A stretch of DNA of 38,065 bases from a bacterium (GCA_046759165.1 JBHIBS010000017.1:1-38065); one strand, 5' to 3'. Positions 9,687 through 19,029 are shown, counted from the stretch's first letter. Made by a program: numbers and translations. Notes: generated from the letters alone by a model not told the origin.

Positions 9687-10493
9687 TCAATCCTTCTTAA
9701 AAATGAATTCATTATTTCCATGCCCACCGCCTGCAGTTTTTAGATACTCCAATTGAAATCCTCTTCTATGATAGAATTCAAAAATTTCTTCTGGCCTTGC
9801 AACCTCAAACGGCCATCCTCCTACCCAATCTACCCAATCGTGATATTTATTCATTCCTCTCTTTCGTTGCGTTCTCTCTAATTTACGACGAGAAAGCATC
9901 TTTCTTAAACAGTGCCTGATTTCAAAAATCATCATTATGGAAAAGACATATACCGGTTTTAGCGAACTAGGTAATCTAGCGTAGAATTTTTTTACCTTTT
10001 TCCACATCTGACTGAACATACCCTGGTCATTATAAATGGCAATAAATAACTTACCTCCTTTTCTGACGAGGGGAACCACATTCTCTAAGGCCTGCCACAT
10101 CTGCCCAGTATGGTGAAGTACGCCCCAGGAATAAATTATGTCAAAGGTTCCTATTTCGAAGAGAAATTTTGTATCTAACACAGACCCTTGCTTAATTACC
10201 CAATTCTCACTGCTTCTATAATATCTATACTTTAAAGTTCTGGTGGCATTTACGCTCTTTGCGGAGCAATCAAAAGAATAGACTTTCTCAGCATTAAGCC
10301 GCATCGCCGCTAATGAAAATAAACCACTCCCACATCCAACATCAAGAAAACTTTTTCCCTTAAATGATTCTAAAGCCAAAGCCCCCTGCAATGACCCAGT
10401 TGCTTCTTTAATAGTATACTCCTTAATATGATGGATAAACGACTCCCAGTTTTTTCCAAAGTCAAAATTTTGGTTTTTCCTTTTATCTATCAT
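9687..10493 (-). CDS. Class I SAM-dependent methyltransferase (glycan-cluster type)
   Basis: FDFGKNW, FLDVGCGSGLFS, YSWGVLHHTG, DWVGGWPFE. Confidence 0.9.
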   Translation of the reverse strand: MIDKRKNQNFDFGKNWESFIHHIKEYTIKEATGSLQGALALESFKGKSFLDVGCGSGLFSLAAMRLNAEKVYSFDCSAKSVNATRTLKYRYYRSSENWVIKQGSVLDTKFLFEIGTFDIIYSWGVLHHTGQMWQALENVVPLVRKGGKLFIAIYNDQGMFSQMWKKVKKFYARLPSSLKPVYVFSIMMIFEIRHCLRKMLSRRKLERTQRKRGMNKYHDWVDWVGGWPFEVARPEEIFEFYHRRGFQLEYLKTAGGGHGNNEFIFKKD

Positions 10494-10777
10494 TTACACT
10501 CGTAATCCTTACGGCTATATCCATGCATCAAAATTGAAATTTTATTTTCGCTAATTTTCCTTTTTAGAAATTCCACTAGCTCTTTATTGTCGCTTATCGG
10601 GAATATTCTATCTCCCTGCCAATATTCCCTGGGAATCGCTCCACTTTTTGTGCAGGCGTGGAAGGGAACAACGGATAAAGATACTGGCATTTTATCCCAA
10701 ATTTTTCCATATACACTCTCCAATTGCTCTGATTTTGTAAAATAATTGGTATCGTGGTCTACCAGTGCAAATCTCAT
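10490..10777 (-). pseudogene. Truncated DUF2334/polysaccharide-deacetylase-like N-terminal fragment
   Basis: 95 aa; FALVDHD (cf. RDDD), VSLSVVPF, MHGYSR (cf. HGYxH); ends right after the metal-binding motif. Confidence 0.6.
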
Positions 10778-11919
10778 TTAATTATTTCCTTATATACTTG
10801 TAGATACTTCCGGGCTACCACACCTATGGAGTAATTTTCTTCAATTGTCCGTCTTGCCTCTCGGCCCAATCTATGAGCAGCTTCAGGCCGCCTTAGTAAT
10901 GTTATTATTCCTTTTGCAAGTTTGTCCACACTGCCCGCCTGAACTAAAATTCCATTCTTTTTGTTCTCAATTACTTCTTCTGTCCCACCTATCTTAGTAG
11001 CCACGATCGGCAGTTCTGAAGCCATCGCTTCAAGCAGTGCATTAGATAATCCTTCCGCAAAGGAAGGAAAGACAAAGCCACTACCAGTTTGAAGGTATTC
11101 ATTGACATTATCAACGTGACCCGTAAATCTTACAGATCCAATGATTTTTAACTCTTCCGCTAAGTTAATTAAGCCATTTTTCTGGGAACCATCGCCTACA
11201 ATAAGGAGGTAACTTCCTTCTCTATCTTTTAAGACTCTTTGCCAGGCTCTAAATAACATTGCCAGTCCTTTAACCGACTCGAGTCTCCCCGAGTAAATCA
11301 GAATTGGCAGTGATGGAAAGTTAAAGCGTCTCTTTAAATGCTCCTTTTGCAGGTCATCGACTGGATGAAAAAGGGTTGTATCTACACCATTGGGAATCTT
11401 TGTTACCTTCCTTTTAGCAAATCCATAGTTTATCGATTCCCTCTTCACTTCCTCACTGGGACAAACGAAAACGTCACCATATTTCATTAGAAGTTTAAGC
11501 TTTGCCCTTCCAAGAAAAGTTCTATCGGAAGCTTTGATATCTCCAGTTTTCCCGGCGCCCGCAAATTTCACAATAACCTTCTTCCTTAACACTTCCCCTG
11601 CGATTGTTGCTGTAATTGCTGGGGAAGATGCTAGATGGGCATGGATAATCTGGTATTTCCTTCGATTTTTAACGAAGAAAAGAAATGATGAAAACATAAA
11701 CAACAAAGAAGCAACAGTTCCCGACCCCAGAGTGAACAATCTATAAATCGGAACTCCTCCTACCTCTTCAAATCTCTTCAGTCCTTTTAACCTCTGGGTA
11801 ATAACAAAGGGATTTATATTTCGCTTGCTTAATGCCTTGGCGAGCCTTAAAGCTTGAATTTCGGCTCCTCCCAAAACCGGAGGAAAATACGCAATAATCA
11901 TGCAGACTCCAATTTTCAT
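10774..11919 (-). CDS. Glycosyltransferase family 4
   Basis: FPPVLGGAEIQ, IPNGVD, SGRLESVKG, AEGLSNALLEAMAS. Confidence 0.93.
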   Translation of the reverse strand: MKIGVCMIIAYFPPVLGGAEIQALRLAKALSKRNINPFVITQRLKGLKRFEEVGGVPIYRLFTLGSGTVASLLFMFSSFLFFVKNRRKYQIIHAHLASSPAITATIAGEVLRKKVIVKFAGAGKTGDIKASDRTFLGRAKLKLLMKYGDVFVCPSEEVKRESINYGFAKRKVTKIPNGVDTTLFHPVDDLQKEHLKRRFNFPSLPILIYSGRLESVKGLAMLFRAWQRVLKDREGSYLLIVGDGSQKNGLINLAEELKIIGSVRFTGHVDNVNEYLQTGSGFVFPSFAEGLSNALLEAMASELPIVATKIGGTEEVIENKKNGILVQAGSVDKLAKGIITLLRRPEAAHRLGREARRTIEENYSIGVVARKYLQVYKEIIK

Positions 11920-11932
11920 AGATCACCCTGAG

Positions 11933-12043
11933 TCAACATTGTTTCTCAGCGCTGTCCTTATGAAAGAAAGATGTATCCGGAATGTTACTTTCCTTTCGGA
12001 AGGACTCCAGAGGTGTCTTTATCTTTTTCAAAATTCTTTTCAT
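11933..12043 (-). CDS. Possible 36-aa ORF or gene remnant
   Basis: MKRILKKIKTPLESFRKESNIPDTSFFHKDSAEKQC*; ATGA overlap with the regulator stop, ends just before the SD of the next gene. Confidence 0.3.
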   Translation of the reverse strand: MKRILKKIKTPLESFRKESNIPDTSFFHKDSAEKQC

Positions 12044-12543
12044 AGGAAAATTTTTTTCGGGATAACTTTCAAGAAGGTATTAACTAGGGTTTGCATTTTC
12101 TTCACTTTTCTGAATTTTTCTCTGTAGAACTGAGCCTTCTTTTTCTCCTCTATAGGAAGGCTACTTTCCATCTCAGATATGACCTTCTCAAATCTATCTA
12201 TACCCTCTAACATCTCATTTAGTCTTTGTTGTATGCCGATTTTAAACCTGTTAATTACTATTTTTAAGGTATCAGGGTTTGCCTCGTAAAAATCCTTTCT
12301 GGAACCCTTCACCCATACCTTTCTGACCGCACCCCACTTCTCCAATTCCCGAATATTTGTACTTACACTTCCCTTGCTTATTTTCAATCTTTCAACCATG
12401 TAATCGAGACAAACTGGCTCATCGCTTAGGAAAAGCAATGCGTATAGTTGTCCCACAGTTCGGCTAAGTCCCAGCCGACCACTCAGCTGCCCAGCAATTT
12501 CTGCGAATTCATCTCTTATTTTCTCAAGTTCAGGACTTTCCAT
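12040..12543 (-). CDS. GbsR/MarR-family (COG1510-like) transcriptional regulator
   Basis: GLSRTVGQLYALLFLSDEP, wHTH LKISKGSVSTNIRELEKWGAV, KGSRKDFYEA. Confidence 0.88.
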   Translation of the reverse strand: MESPELEKIRDEFAEIAGQLSGRLGLSRTVGQLYALLFLSDEPVCLDYMVERLKISKGSVSTNIRELEKWGAVRKVWVKGSRKDFYEANPDTLKIVINRFKIGIQQRLNEMLEGIDRFEKVISEMESSLPIEEKKKAQFYREKFRKVKKMQTLVNTFLKVIPKKIFL

Positions 12544-12577
12544 AATTTTTGGGCTTTCTAATCATTGGTTTAGTACG

Positions 12578-12593
12578 TTTAGAATGTTCTAAA
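12578..12593. promoter_or_regulatory. Operator-like palindrome TTTAGAA-TG-TTCTAAA
   Basis: Perfect 7-bp arms overlapping the predicted transcription start of the regulator promoter. Confidence 0.6.
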
Positions 12594-12596
12594 TCA

Positions 12597-12625
12597 AGTA
12601 TATGATAATTTTGCAATTTTGTCAA
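12597..12625 (-). promoter_or_regulatory. Sigma70 promoter for regulator/glycan operon
   Basis: TTGACA-17 bp-TATACT on the minus strand. Confidence 0.8.
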
Positions 12626-12699
12626 GCCCTATTTTGGACTTTTCTTCCGCCAAAGCTATGCTGGCAGGGCGAAGCTCCGGTACAGTATTGGTTCAAAGC

Positions 12700-14841
12700 T
12701 TACTCTGACGGGAGTTCTACTGCTGAGATCGTATTCTCAATTAGCTTAAGGTTGATCCTGTAAAGTTCATTTTGAGGGTCCAGTTCTATCGCCCTTCCGA
12801 TCTCATCTATTGCTAAGTCGTACCTCTTCTGGATAAAGTAGACGCCGGCAAGGCCGCTATGGGCGTCTGCGGAATAGGGATTCAATTTCAGGGCTTTTCT
12901 GTACTCAGGAATAGCTTGAATTGGATTCCCTTCATCCATCCAGTACCTTCCCAGCCCCACATAAACACGAGAGTAATCAAATTCAAATAATCTATTTTCA
13001 TAATCTCTCCCCGAGGAAATCAATTGGGGAAGGAGTTCTTTCAACTTTAAGATATTGTAGAATTCTTCCTTGGCTCTTTTGATCTCTTTTAAACCTAAGT
13101 GGCTCTCTCCCAGTCGTAAGCGGGCTAATAGATAGTATGGTTCTATATCAACTGCTTTTTGATATTCAGGCTTTGCGTTCTTAAACTCCTGACGGTCGAA
13201 GTAGTAGGAACCGAGCGCGAAGTGAAAAAACGGATTGTAAGGGTTATGCTTCACTGCCAGTTTAAATTCCCTCAAAACGTTTACTTTATCTTTAAGGTGA
13301 TGGTAAATATGGCCTAACTCTTCATGGTAATCCGCCTCTGTGGGATGCAATTTTATAATCTTCTTATAGATTGAAACTGCTCTATCCTGTTCTCCTTCTC
13401 CCCTGTAATAATCGGCCAATTCCCTATGGTATTGAGCATTTAAAGGAACGAATTTCACGGCCTTTCTAAGTTCACCCCTATGTGCATAGTGATTTCCAAG
13501 ATAGATTAGTGAGACAACGAGAAGCAAAATTGTGAGAATAGAAATCGATGTCCCTCTTAGCCACCCTGGAACTTGAACGTCGGAAAGCGAGCCGAGTTGC
13601 TCGTTAGGCGAAATCTGGGATAGGAATAGTTTACGATTATGAACCATAATCTCTGCTATAAAAAAGACTAAAATATAGGTTATTGCCGGCAGGTGGAGAT
13701 TAAAATAGAAAAGACTTTGTGTTAATACTGCTAAAGCACCTGCCGAAGCGGCAATTACCTCAGCTTCGGAATTTAGGGAAAGATTACTACTTAATAATTT
13801 CTTTGCTCCCTTCACAATTATGTAAAAAACGGAACATACAAGAAATAGTACAATCATTCCCAACTCAGTACCTATTTGTAAATACTCATTGTATGCAAAT
13901 TTTATATAAGTCCCATAGGCAGAGGGGAAACTCGCAATCCGAAGATTGGCAAAGTTTCCCGGGCCCAAACCCAGGAACGGATGTGCTGAGATTATTTCAA
14001 GACATCGACTCCAAATTCTGAATCTCTGGAGGAAGAGCTCTTTCAGAGTTTCCCCTCCCAATAATTGAAAAACTTTCATCGCAGAAGGAAAGATTAGAAA
14101 TATTCCTATGATGGTAAGGATTACACATACTGCCGGTTTCTTATATAGGAAAATAGTTACAAATATAATTGCAACTAAGAGAGCAAGTACTCCACTTAAC
14201 GAGCGAGTCAAAACCAAGCATATAAACATTAGAAGCGTAGATATGAGATAGAAGGCAAAGGTAATTGTATGTTTACCAATTATATATTTAGTGCTTACAT
14301 TAACGGTAGTTGGACCACTCCACTTTCTACAAGTTAGTAGTTCAGATATCCCCAGGGTTATTCCTACTGCTAAGTAACCTGCTAAAAAGTCAGGAGTGGG
14401 AAGAGTTGCTTTAACTTCTAAATGAAGGAAAGATTGGAATAGACCAATGGCTGCAAGAATTGAAGCGGAATTGAAGATTATTTTAAATAGATAATTTCCT
14501 CTCAATATGCCTTTATCCGCTAAAAGTTCTACTAAGAGAAGATAGAGGAGAACAGAAGTGACTATTTTTATAAAAGAGAGAACGGAATTGTGGAGATATG
14601 TCGAATTGAGTACTGAAAAGAAGGAAAAGAATAGAATGAGACAAACTGGAAGATGGAGTGAAGGAGAGATGTAGAATTTTGTCCAAAGAGAGTTAAAATT
14701 TTTCCTTTTTGCTAAATAGAGAATTGATAAAATGAGGATTATCGCCTGGACTAAAGAGCGCGGAAATATCTCCTCTCCGCCACTGAACCAAGGGATATAT
14801 AAAAAGATAGCTATTAAAACTAAACTAATTATTCCCGACAT
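12700..14841 (-). CDS. O-antigen ligase (Wzy_C)-like membrane protein with C-terminal TPR repeats
   Basis: Many TM helices; RFRIW...HPFLGLGPGNF...AYNEYLQ; FNLHLPA; ~250 aa of TPRs. Confidence 0.85.
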   Translation of the reverse strand: MSGIISLVLIAIFLYIPWFSGGEEIFPRSLVQAIILILSILYLAKRKNFNSLWTKFYISPSLHLPVCLILFFSFFSVLNSTYLHNSVLSFIKIVTSVLLYLLLVELLADKGILRGNYLFKIIFNSASILAAIGLFQSFLHLEVKATLPTPDFLAGYLAVGITLGISELLTCRKWSGPTTVNVSTKYIIGKHTITFAFYLISTLLMFICLVLTRSLSGVLALLVAIIFVTIFLYKKPAVCVILTIIGIFLIFPSAMKVFQLLGGETLKELFLQRFRIWSRCLEIISAHPFLGLGPGNFANLRIASFPSAYGTYIKFAYNEYLQIGTELGMIVLFLVCSVFYIIVKGAKKLLSSNLSLNSEAEVIAASAGALAVLTQSLFYFNLHLPAITYILVFFIAEIMVHNRKLFLSQISPNEQLGSLSDVQVPGWLRGTSISILTILLLVVSLIYLGNHYAHRGELRKAVKFVPLNAQYHRELADYYRGEGEQDRAVSIYKKIIKLHPTEADYHEELGHIYHHLKDKVNVLREFKLAVKHNPYNPFFHFALGSYYFDRQEFKNAKPEYQKAVDIEPYYLLARLRLGESHLGLKEIKRAKEEFYNILKLKELLPQLISSGRDYENRLFEFDYSRVYVGLGRYWMDEGNPIQAIPEYRKALKLNPYSADAHSGLAGVYFIQKRYDLAIDEIGRAIELDPQNELYRINLKLIENTISAVELPSE

Positions 14842-16564
14842 CTATCCTGGTTTGCATCTCTCTGGCTAATTCGATTATTCTTCGCCGGTAATCACCATTT
14901 TGCCTTTCGCAGGCTATGGCAGACTCCATGTAAAGAATAGCCTTCCTGTAATCCTTCTTTAACTCGTACAAATAGGAGAGACTAGCATAAAATGGGGCAT
15001 ACCACGGCAGCCGCTCAATTGCTTCTTTCAACTCAATTATCGCTTCGTCCAAGTAACTCGAGTAGCCTTCTCTCCTGTATTTGGCTAAATATACCCCTGC
15101 AAGTCCGTGATGGTACCAGGAGTTCAACCGGTCCAACTCGACCGCTCTCCCGTATTCAAATTCTGCCTTTCCTATGTTCTTCTTTTCCACTTTCACTAAA
15201 TTTTCTAGATTTCTAATCTCCAAAAGCCGCTTACCCAGCTTGTAATGGCGATTTGCCAGAAATAGTCTGGTAACCCCTACCCCTACTCCCAAAATCGAAA
15301 AAGTAATTGCTCCTGTAAGTATTAGTCTGTTGGTCCTTCCTAATTGACGTCTATGCACTACGGGCCCTCCTACTCGGCAGTTTCTGCCTTCCGCCTTGGG
15401 GCCACCAATTAATAGACCCAAGAGAACCCAAAAAAGTATTGCATTCGCCGGAATAGATAGATTATAATCGATGAGATTATTAGACAATATGGCAACAAGG
15501 CTCCCAAATGCCCCGACTTCAAAAGAAAAGAATTTGAAACCCTTACATAGAAATTTAATACGCTTCCAAACTGCAAACAGCAACCAGAGGAAAGCACCCA
15601 ATCCTATGACTCCCATATCTGCTGCAAGCTGTAAGAAATAGTTATAAGCATATGATGGATTTAATCCTGTAAGTTTATACTTGGCATAGGCTGTTTCGAA
15701 CCCACCAAGACCAACCCCGATTAGGGGTCGCTCGTAAACCATCCTCAACGTTCCCCACCACCATAGAATGCGATTATAAACCTGTAATTGCGTGAGTTTA
15801 AGAAGTAGGAGAACTGCAATAAATACGGCTGTGGCGATAAATATATATCGAAATTTAATGAAGATTTGCTTCCCATACTTGAAATAGAGAATTGCAGAAA
15901 TCCCAAGAATTACCCCTATAATCCCTCCCAAGGATTTCGTCAGGAACAAGCAACCAATCATTAATAAGCAACCAACTATATAAAAGAGGTAGGATTTGAT
16001 AAATTCCGAGTTAGTCCAACTTTGTGCAGATAGAATCAGTGCTGTGGTAAATGGAATCACCATCGCTAAATATCCAGCTAAAATATTGGGATTAACCATT
16101 GTCCCAGTCGCCATATTCCCTCTAATGAATTGGTATATCCCGGTTATGGAAAGGAAGATACCAACTAATAATAATAAACGAATTAAATTCTCTTTCTGTT
16201 TCTTTTCTATTATAGTAGTTACCAAGTAGAACAAAAGCAGGTAATTGAGCAAATTGAAGATTTCGTTTCTGGTATTAAATCTGTTGGTTGAAAAGAGAAA
16301 GGAGATGCAAGCCACGCTCAAAAAGATCGCTAGAGGAAAGGAAACCCTCTTAAGCTGAACGCGGAATGGGGCCCTTGCTTCTAAAGTAGACGGGGGAAAC
16401 CATAAAAGGAGGATGCTATATAGTAGGAGAGCTAAAAGGGATAAGAGATGGACAACGGTCGGCGCCCAGATATCCAGGCTCGCACGAGCAAGAGGGGAGA
16501 ATATAAGAATCAGACCTAAAATTGCATAAATAGCCTTTTTTGGTATATATTTGTAATTCTCTAT
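14825..16564 (-). CDS. O-antigen ligase (Wzy_C)-like membrane protein with C-terminal TPR; probable start upstream of the ORF-track TTG (16321)
   Basis: NPNILAGYL, RILWW...PLIGVGLGGF...AYNYFLQ, DYNLSIPAN; frame stays open 81 codons upstream with two more TM helices, beginning at ATA 7 nt after AAGGAG. Confidence 0.8.
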   Translation of the reverse strand: MENYKYIPKKAIYAILGLILIFSPLARASLDIWAPTVVHLLSLLALLLYSILLLWFPPSTLEARAPFRVQLKRVSFPLAIFLSVACISFLFSTNRFNTRNEIFNLLNYLLLFYLVTTIIEKKQKENLIRLLLLVGIFLSITGIYQFIRGNMATGTMVNPNILAGYLAMVIPFTTALILSAQSWTNSEFIKSYLFYIVGCLLMIGCLFLTKSLGGIIGVILGISAILYFKYGKQIFIKFRYIFIATAVFIAVLLLLKLTQLQVYNRILWWWGTLRMVYERPLIGVGLGGFETAYAKYKLTGLNPSYAYNYFLQLAADMGVIGLGAFLWLLFAVWKRIKFLCKGFKFFSFEVGAFGSLVAILSNNLIDYNLSIPANAILFWVLLGLLIGGPKAEGRNCRVGGPVVHRRQLGRTNRLILTGAITFSILGVGVGVTRLFLANRHYKLGKRLLEIRNLENLVKVEKKNIGKAEFEYGRAVELDRLNSWYHHGLAGVYLAKYRREGYSSYLDEAIIELKEAIERLPWYAPFYASLSYLYELKKDYRKAILYMESAIACERQNGDYRRRIIELAREMQTRIDVGNN

Positions 16565-16587
16565 CCTCCCTCTCCTTGGGGCAGTAG

Positions 16588-16653
16588 ACCCCGTTGAAAT
16601 TCTATTTCTAACGGGGCCCTCGCAAAGGGATAATACAAAATTTCTAACGGGGT
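16588..16653. repeat. REP-like palindrome CCCCGTT(A)GAAAT...ATTTCTAACGGGG with a second right arm
   Basis: Hairpin 16589-16616 plus TTTCTAACGGGGT at 16641-16653; same family as 22453-22483. Confidence 0.75.
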
Positions 16654-16717
16654 AAAACTCTCTTTAGAATCTTTTTACAAGGCAACCACAAATCCATCAC
16701 CAATACCCTATTATTAA

Positions 16718-18526
16718 TTAATCGTGCATAACATGGGGGGTTAAGAAAATCAGAAGTTCCAGCGTCCGTTTCTGTGTCTCTTTCTTCTTAAACAAGTAAC
16801 CTAAAATGGGAATATCGCCTAAAACGGGCACCTGCATTGCTGTCCCTTTTTCTGTCTCACTAACCAGTCCACCAACCACCACTGTCTGTCCTTCGGTCAT
16901 TGTAACTCTTGTCGTCGCCTTCCGGTCTGTGGTTTGCGGCCCCGCATCAGTATAACCCACAAAATCTTTCACTGCCACGCTAACATCCAGGCCTATCTGA
17001 TTACCCGTCGGGCTAACTGTAGGAGTAACATCGAGAGTAGTTCCAATCTCCAGTTGCCCTAGCGTCTCAGTAGCCGCTCCGTCAGTAACTATTGTCTGCT
17101 TATAGGGGATTGTATCGCCCACATGGATATGTGCTGGACGGTTATTCTCCACCACAAGGGTCGGATTAGACAATGTCCTTGTTTTGGTTTTCTTTGCCAG
17201 AGCCCTTAAAGTGAGAGCGAGGTCTGCTCCACTCATTATTGTGGCTATGTTTAAGGTTGATGGAGTGCCCAGACTAAAGGGAGAAGCCATCTCTTCTGTT
17301 TTTCCGGTCATGGTTGTATCACCGAATTCACCACCGGCAGCAAAGGTTTTAGTCACGCTCCAATCTATTCCCAGATCCACACCCTTACTGATATCGACTT
17401 CCATAATCCTTGCCGTAATTTTTATCTGTGGCTTCTTGACATCGAGTTCCTTAATGAGTTTAGAAAGCTTCTCTATGCCCTCTGCTGTGGAAGTTACAAT
17501 TAAGGCATTTGTGACATCAGCTACACTAACAATAGTATACTTCTTTTCTTCTTCTGTTAATGCCTTATCAATAGTATCTTTAACCTCTGAGGGATTTCTA
17601 TTCTTCAGCAAAAATGTCTTTCTATAAGTTGGCATTTTGTTTTTATCTACAATTTTGATAACATTTTCAGAATATTGAATTGCTATCAGGCTCTTCTGTT
17701 CCAGAACAGTCTTTAGTGCTTCATCGAAGGGAACGTTGTGTAAGTGGATGGTAACCTTCCCTTCAACGTCCTCAGCTGGGACAAAATTCATCTCGGTTTT
17801 CAAGGCAAAGAAGCGAATTACTTCTGATATGTCAGCATCAACGAAATCTAAGCTCACTGGCTCCTGACTGATTGGACCCATTACCTCTCCTATCGCCATT
17901 CGTCTTTTCCTCTTCTCCACTATTGGCAGTTTAGCCAGCCTTCTCTCCCTTTCCTCTCTTCTTATCTTCTCTACCAGCCTTCTATGCTCTTCATCTTGAA
18001 TGTTTGGTGCAATCTCTATTTTCTTTGTTATCTTCGGCCTTTTCTCTCTTTCTACTTTCACTATTTCAGGCACTTCTTTTTCTACCCTCTCTATCGCCTC
18101 TCTACCAAAAATAGTTAGGATAATCTGTTTCTCAGTGGCGGTAGACTCGTAATCAACCGACCTCGCCAAGTCGAGAACTACCCGAGTTATCTTAATAGGT
18201 TCATTCTGATACTGACCAGAACGGATTCTCTTAAGCAAGAAATCGCCTACATCTAACTCCTTCTGCTTCCAGTTGTGAACTGTATTAGTCATCTCCACTA
18301 CCAACCTTGGCGGATTGGTGATCTTGAAACAGTGGTATTTTATGGGCCCAGTAGTGGTAATTATGATGTTCGACTTAGTTTTACTGATCTTCTGAACTTT
18401 CACATTGGTCAATTCCTCCCACTCAGGCACGGGGTTCTCTTCCTCGGCAACTAGGCCAACGTTTACAAAACTGACTAGCCCTAACACCAACGTAAATACT
18501 ATACTAGCAAAAAGTAGTTTTCTCAT
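16718..18526 (-). CDS. pilQ: Type IV pilus secretin with N-terminal AMIN domain
   Basis: Signal peptide MRKLLFASIV (ATG 18526 after AGGAG), NPPRLVVE, SLDFVDADI, QIKITARIMEV, VPVLGDIPILGYLFK; follows pilMNOP. Confidence 0.93.
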   Translation of the reverse strand: MRKLLFASIVFTLVLGLVSFVNVGLVAEEENPVPEWEELTNVKVQKISKTKSNIIITTTGPIKYHCFKITNPPRLVVEMTNTVHNWKQKELDVGDFLLKRIRSGQYQNEPIKITRVVLDLARSVDYESTATEKQIILTIFGREAIERVEKEVPEIVKVEREKRPKITKKIEIAPNIQDEEHRRLVEKIRREERERRLAKLPIVEKRKRRMAIGEVMGPISQEPVSLDFVDADISEVIRFFALKTEMNFVPAEDVEGKVTIHLHNVPFDEALKTVLEQKSLIAIQYSENVIKIVDKNKMPTYRKTFLLKNRNPSEVKDTIDKALTEEEKKYTIVSVADVTNALIVTSTAEGIEKLSKLIKELDVKKPQIKITARIMEVDISKGVDLGIDWSVTKTFAAGGEFGDTTMTGKTEEMASPFSLGTPSTLNIATIMSGADLALTLRALAKKTKTRTLSNPTLVVENNRPAHIHVGDTIPYKQTIVTDGAATETLGQLEIGTTLDVTPTVSPTGNQIGLDVSVAVKDFVGYTDAGPQTTDRKATTRVTMTEGQTVVVGGLVSETEKGTAMQVPVLGDIPILGYLFKKKETQKRTLELLIFLTPHVMHD

Positions 18527-18549
18527 TCGACCTTCTCCTGTTCGAATTC

Positions 18550-19029
18550 TCATTCTTCTGTTTTCAATATCAGCTCTCGAATGACATTATCACTGGTAAT
18601 TAGAATTACCTTATCTTTTCTCACTATAGCTGCCACACCGTTTACAACCCTATTGTAATTATCTATTAGTTTGCCACCTTTAACTACATATCCTCTCCCC
18701 CCACCAGCATCGATCAGGGCATAGCGGTCCCTGGATGAAGGAGAAATCATAATTCCTGTTAATTTCAATCTACTTAGGTCAATTTCTATACCTCTTTTAC
18801 CAACCCTTCCAATTGCCTCCGCCCTCTCCTCAGGAGGAGCAAATGGATCCCTGCACTTCTCACCCGCATATCTATACCTGACTTGCCTCTCCTCTTTTAT
18901 TTCTTTAGCTGTGACAATCTCCTTCTCTTTTACGGGCTTTCTGGAGACTGGCTTGGTCTTCTTCTTGGGACAGCCGTTGAGCCCCAGGAGAATTAGAAGA
19001 AAAATAATTCTAATGATTTTACTATTCAT
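18550..19029 (-). CDS. pilP: PilP-like lipoprotein
   Basis: Lipobox LNGC, Y-x-Y...RDPF motif, LKLTGIM; position between pilO and pilQ. Confidence 0.75.
   Translation of the reverse strand: MNSKIIRIIFLLILLGLNGCPKKKTKPVSRKPVKEKEIVTAKEIKEERQVRYRYAGEKCRDPFAPPEERAEAIGRVGKRGIEIDLSRLKLTGIMISPSSRDRYALIDAGGGRGYVVKGGKLIDNYNRVVNGVAAIVRKDKVILITSDNVIRELILKTEE

Noticed and set aside
11960-12020. Riboswitch (glycine or c-di-GMP) around CTCTGGAG / TTCC-GAAA-GGAA
   Set aside because: Only a tetraloop hairpin; remaining consensus elements are absent
12644-12674. GC-rich imperfect palindrome after the ligase stop
   Set aside because: Too degenerate and single-copy in the window to call a terminator or repeat
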